64,000 bases of DNA from Antedon mediterranea (taxonomy: Eukaryota; Animalia; Echinodermata). This document shows positions 62,301-64,000 of this stretch, in pieces. Numbering within the stretch: the stretch's first letter is position 1; each line of letters starts with the position of its first letter. The translations under genes were made by a program, and so were the position numbers. Below the pieces are notes generated by a model. It was not told the DNA's origin and ran no database searches. It saw only the letters and a list, made by a program, of their open reading frames with translations. The stretch covers positions 28,492,912-28,556,911 of the forward strand of contig NC_092675.1 of NCBI RefSeq assembly GCF_964355755.1. The letters are read 5' to 3'.

Positions 62301-63501
62301 CCATATATTTCCCAGGATGCCTTGAATCTAAGTACCCTCTAACATCATCAATATGGTTCTTGTACGTTGACTCTAAACCTTCTGCAGGATATGACATCAC
62401 AATGATGCGAGATGTCAAGTACGATATGTCCATATCACCTTTGGCATAACTAACAAAAACACAATAATATAATATGATAAACTTACTTCTTAGTTTATTT
62501 CATATACCTCCAAAAGCAAGTAAATCGCCAATTTGTCAACTGCATGATGGATTGGCTAAATTATGCTTATAAATTCTCATTTGCAGCTTAGGGAGTGGAG
62601 TAGAAACAGTCATGAGTTACTTAACTCTGGCACTAGGTCAGGATTGAACCCTGGCACTAGGTCAGGATTGAACCCTGGACCTTGGAATTGGAAGGAAAGC
62701 ATGTTAAACACCAAGTTACAGCTTCTCCACTATGTATATTTATATGTAAATACACAAAATTATTAGTAAAGACATCCTCCCCTGGCAATTGTTTGCAAAG
62801 TATTAAATATTATATTAACAGAGAGAGTGGTCATTTTTAAATTATAAATAAATAAATTTAACTAGAAGAATTGAGAAAGTAGTAGAAATAGTATGAGTAT
62901 TAACAACTTGTTTGACAAAAAAATGTGATGTGCACATACATGTATATGGGCATGATGATGTAATATCACTTCTATATTTAAGCATTTAACTACCATATTT
63001 GGGCACATCATACTTTTTTTGTCAAACAAGTTGTGTAGAGTAGACAGAGCTTTAGACTATGCATAAAGCAATGTAATGGTCAATACTATAAAACAAAATA
63101 ACAAACAATATAAAAACATAATGCAACCAATTAAGTAAGTCAACTATGTCAAATATAAAGGTATAAACTTAAAATACTTTATCCACATTAATAGTGGCAG
63201 ACAAATATTTACCTGGCTACAGTGTTCACCATCTTTGACGACGTATCCTTTAAATTACTAAATAACTTTCCAGCTCCTCCCTTCATTATTCCCAGGAACT
63301 TTCCACTATCTTGCTCACTAGCTGGAGGAGGGGATTGGGCTTCAGGTTCCCGTTTATATTGACTTCCAGATGAGATAGCATCGTCACTGAGGTCAACCGG
63401 CGTCTTTAAGACAACATTCCGTGCTGCTCCTACTTCTTGTATCCTAGCAACAACATCGCTGATGTTAGGACGCTTTCTAGGGTCAACTTGCAGCATCCCA
63501 C
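53375..63501 (-). CDS. GAK: Cyclin G-associated kinase / auxilin (3' part: kinase end, PTEN-like, C2, clathrin-binding region, J domain); the gene continues beyond 64000
   Basis: Exons 63501-63213, 62449-62251, 62003-61881, 61110-60977, 60732-60619, 59853-59655, 58726-58647, 58043-57850, 57524-56563, 56006-55853, 55268-55014 (or 55029), 54546-54398, 53998-53870, 53524-53375. Motifs: [48 protein letters not shown]-domain AVLTAHPDK...IFLELNDAW; stop TAA at 53377-53375. Confidence 0.95.
53708..53837 (-). ncRNA. Box H/ACA scaRNA, SCARNA8/U92-like guide for U2 snRNA pseudouridines 34 and 43/44; copy 1, in the last GAK intron
   Basis: Layout is hairpin (GGGAGG/CCUCCC), H box ACAGUA (53779-53774), hairpin (UGCCCU/GGGGCA), ACA (53713-53711) plus 3 nt. 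Pockets CAGAUAU/CACAUGA and CUGAAGA/ACAGAUAC are complementary to the recalled U2 sequence UCAAGUG-U-A-GUAUCUGU-U-C-UUAUCAG. Pocket-to-box distances are 14 and 15 nt. Confidence 0.85.
54637..54920 (+). mobile_element. 5S rRNA-derived sequence with a non-5S 3' extension (SINE3-like element or 5S pseudogene)
   Basis: 54637-54753 follows 5S rRNA (CACCGGTTCTCGTC..ATCACC.AAGTTAAGCAACGTTGGGCCTGGTTAG..CTTGG.ATGG..ACC..CTG.GAATA.CGGGT) with many substitutions. There is no oligo-T terminator and about 165 bp of GC-richer body follows. Confidence 0.7.
55403..55532 (-). ncRNA. Box H/ACA scaRNA, SCARNA8/U92-like; copy 2, in GAK intron 55269-55852
   Basis: Near-identical to copy 1, with H box at 55474-55469 and ACA at 55408-55406. 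The three internal substitutions fall in apical loops or turn a U-G pair into C-G; the guide pockets are unchanged. Confidence 0.85.
58790..59425 (+). mobile_element. Decayed CR1-group LINE 3' fragment
   Basis: Relic translation [27 protein letters not shown] at about 59045-59125, hairpin GGGGTCTT...AAGACCCC, AATAAA and a (TTGAAC)n tail. Confidence 0.6.
60066..60352. repeat. Diverged tandem duplication, about 167 bp unit, 2 copies
   Basis: GACAAAACAATA...AGGTTCACATACT...CCCCTCCC.ATG.TTTAAATATTACTTTAT starts at about 60066 and 60233. Confidence 0.75.
61239..61577. mobile_element. Palindromic MITE (Harbinger-like)
   Basis: GGCCCATTTATAC / GTGTAAATTGGCCC ends, long internal inverted repeats (TATATAGATAA..ATGCATTTTTC / GAAAAATGCAT..TTATCTATATA), TAA/TTA flanks. 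Confidence 0.65.
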
Positions 63502-63774
63502 CTGTTAGTTAAACCATAGTGTATTACTTAACTCAACTAATATCTGACAGACATCTACTGGTCACTCAGTGTTTGGTTTTCGTAATGCATTTAAACAAAT
63601 TATTTTTGGTCTTGTCAAGTTTTCAGGGAGTTTTGTTTTTGAAAGGTCACATTTGAAACCAGTAGCCAAGATTTCAGGTCTTAAGAACTACTCTATACAG
63701 TAGAACCAATTAAAGGACACCTTCTGGATTCAACAAAGTGTCCCTTTATAGAGGTTTTTCTAAACTCAATGTTC

Positions 63775-63985
63775 CTCATGTTCACCGATCATCTGGTGAA
63801 CATTCATTTTCAAAGCTAGACCCAGACCTTTGGAATAACCTTTCAAGCACAATTCGTGACTCATCTTCAATTATAATTTTCAAAAAACTCTTGAAAACCC
63901 ATCTTTTCCCGAAATAATTATGTTCACCAGATGATCGGTCATTGTAAAGGCGCTATATCAATTGAAATGTTAAATGTTAAATGTT
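63775..63985 (+). mobile_element. L2-like LINE 3' fragment
   Basis: Translates FSKLDPDLWNNLSSTIRDSSSIIIFKKLLKTHLFP, followed by GGCGCTATATCAA and an (AAATGTT)n tail. Confidence 0.7.
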
Positions 63986-64000
63986 TTTCCTAAATAGGGG

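Overview
AT-rich, intron-rich animal genomic DNA; the gene and repeat content suggests a marine invertebrate deuterostome, possibly an echinoderm (inference only). Gene order: LIN54-like (-, 5' part only) head-to-head with COPS4 (+, 10 coding exons, 406 aa); an apparently intact single-ORF L2-clade LINE (+); selenoprotein U/PRXL2A (-) with an in-frame TGA in a UxxC motif and a canonical SECIS in its 3' UTR; two tandem intronless sulfotransferase-like genes (-); a divergent SLC47/MATE transporter (+, 15 coding exons); HAUS3 (+, 13 coding exons, with a decayed Academ-like transposon in intron 9); and the 3' part of GAK/auxilin (-). Two GAK introns each hold a copy of an H/ACA guide RNA whose pockets match U2 snRNA positions 34 and 43/44 (SCARNA8/U92-like). 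Introns carry many MITEs, SINEs (tRNA- and 5S-derived) and LINE tails. All exon coordinates, translations and RNA folds were derived by hand; homology statements come from recalled sequences, not database searches.
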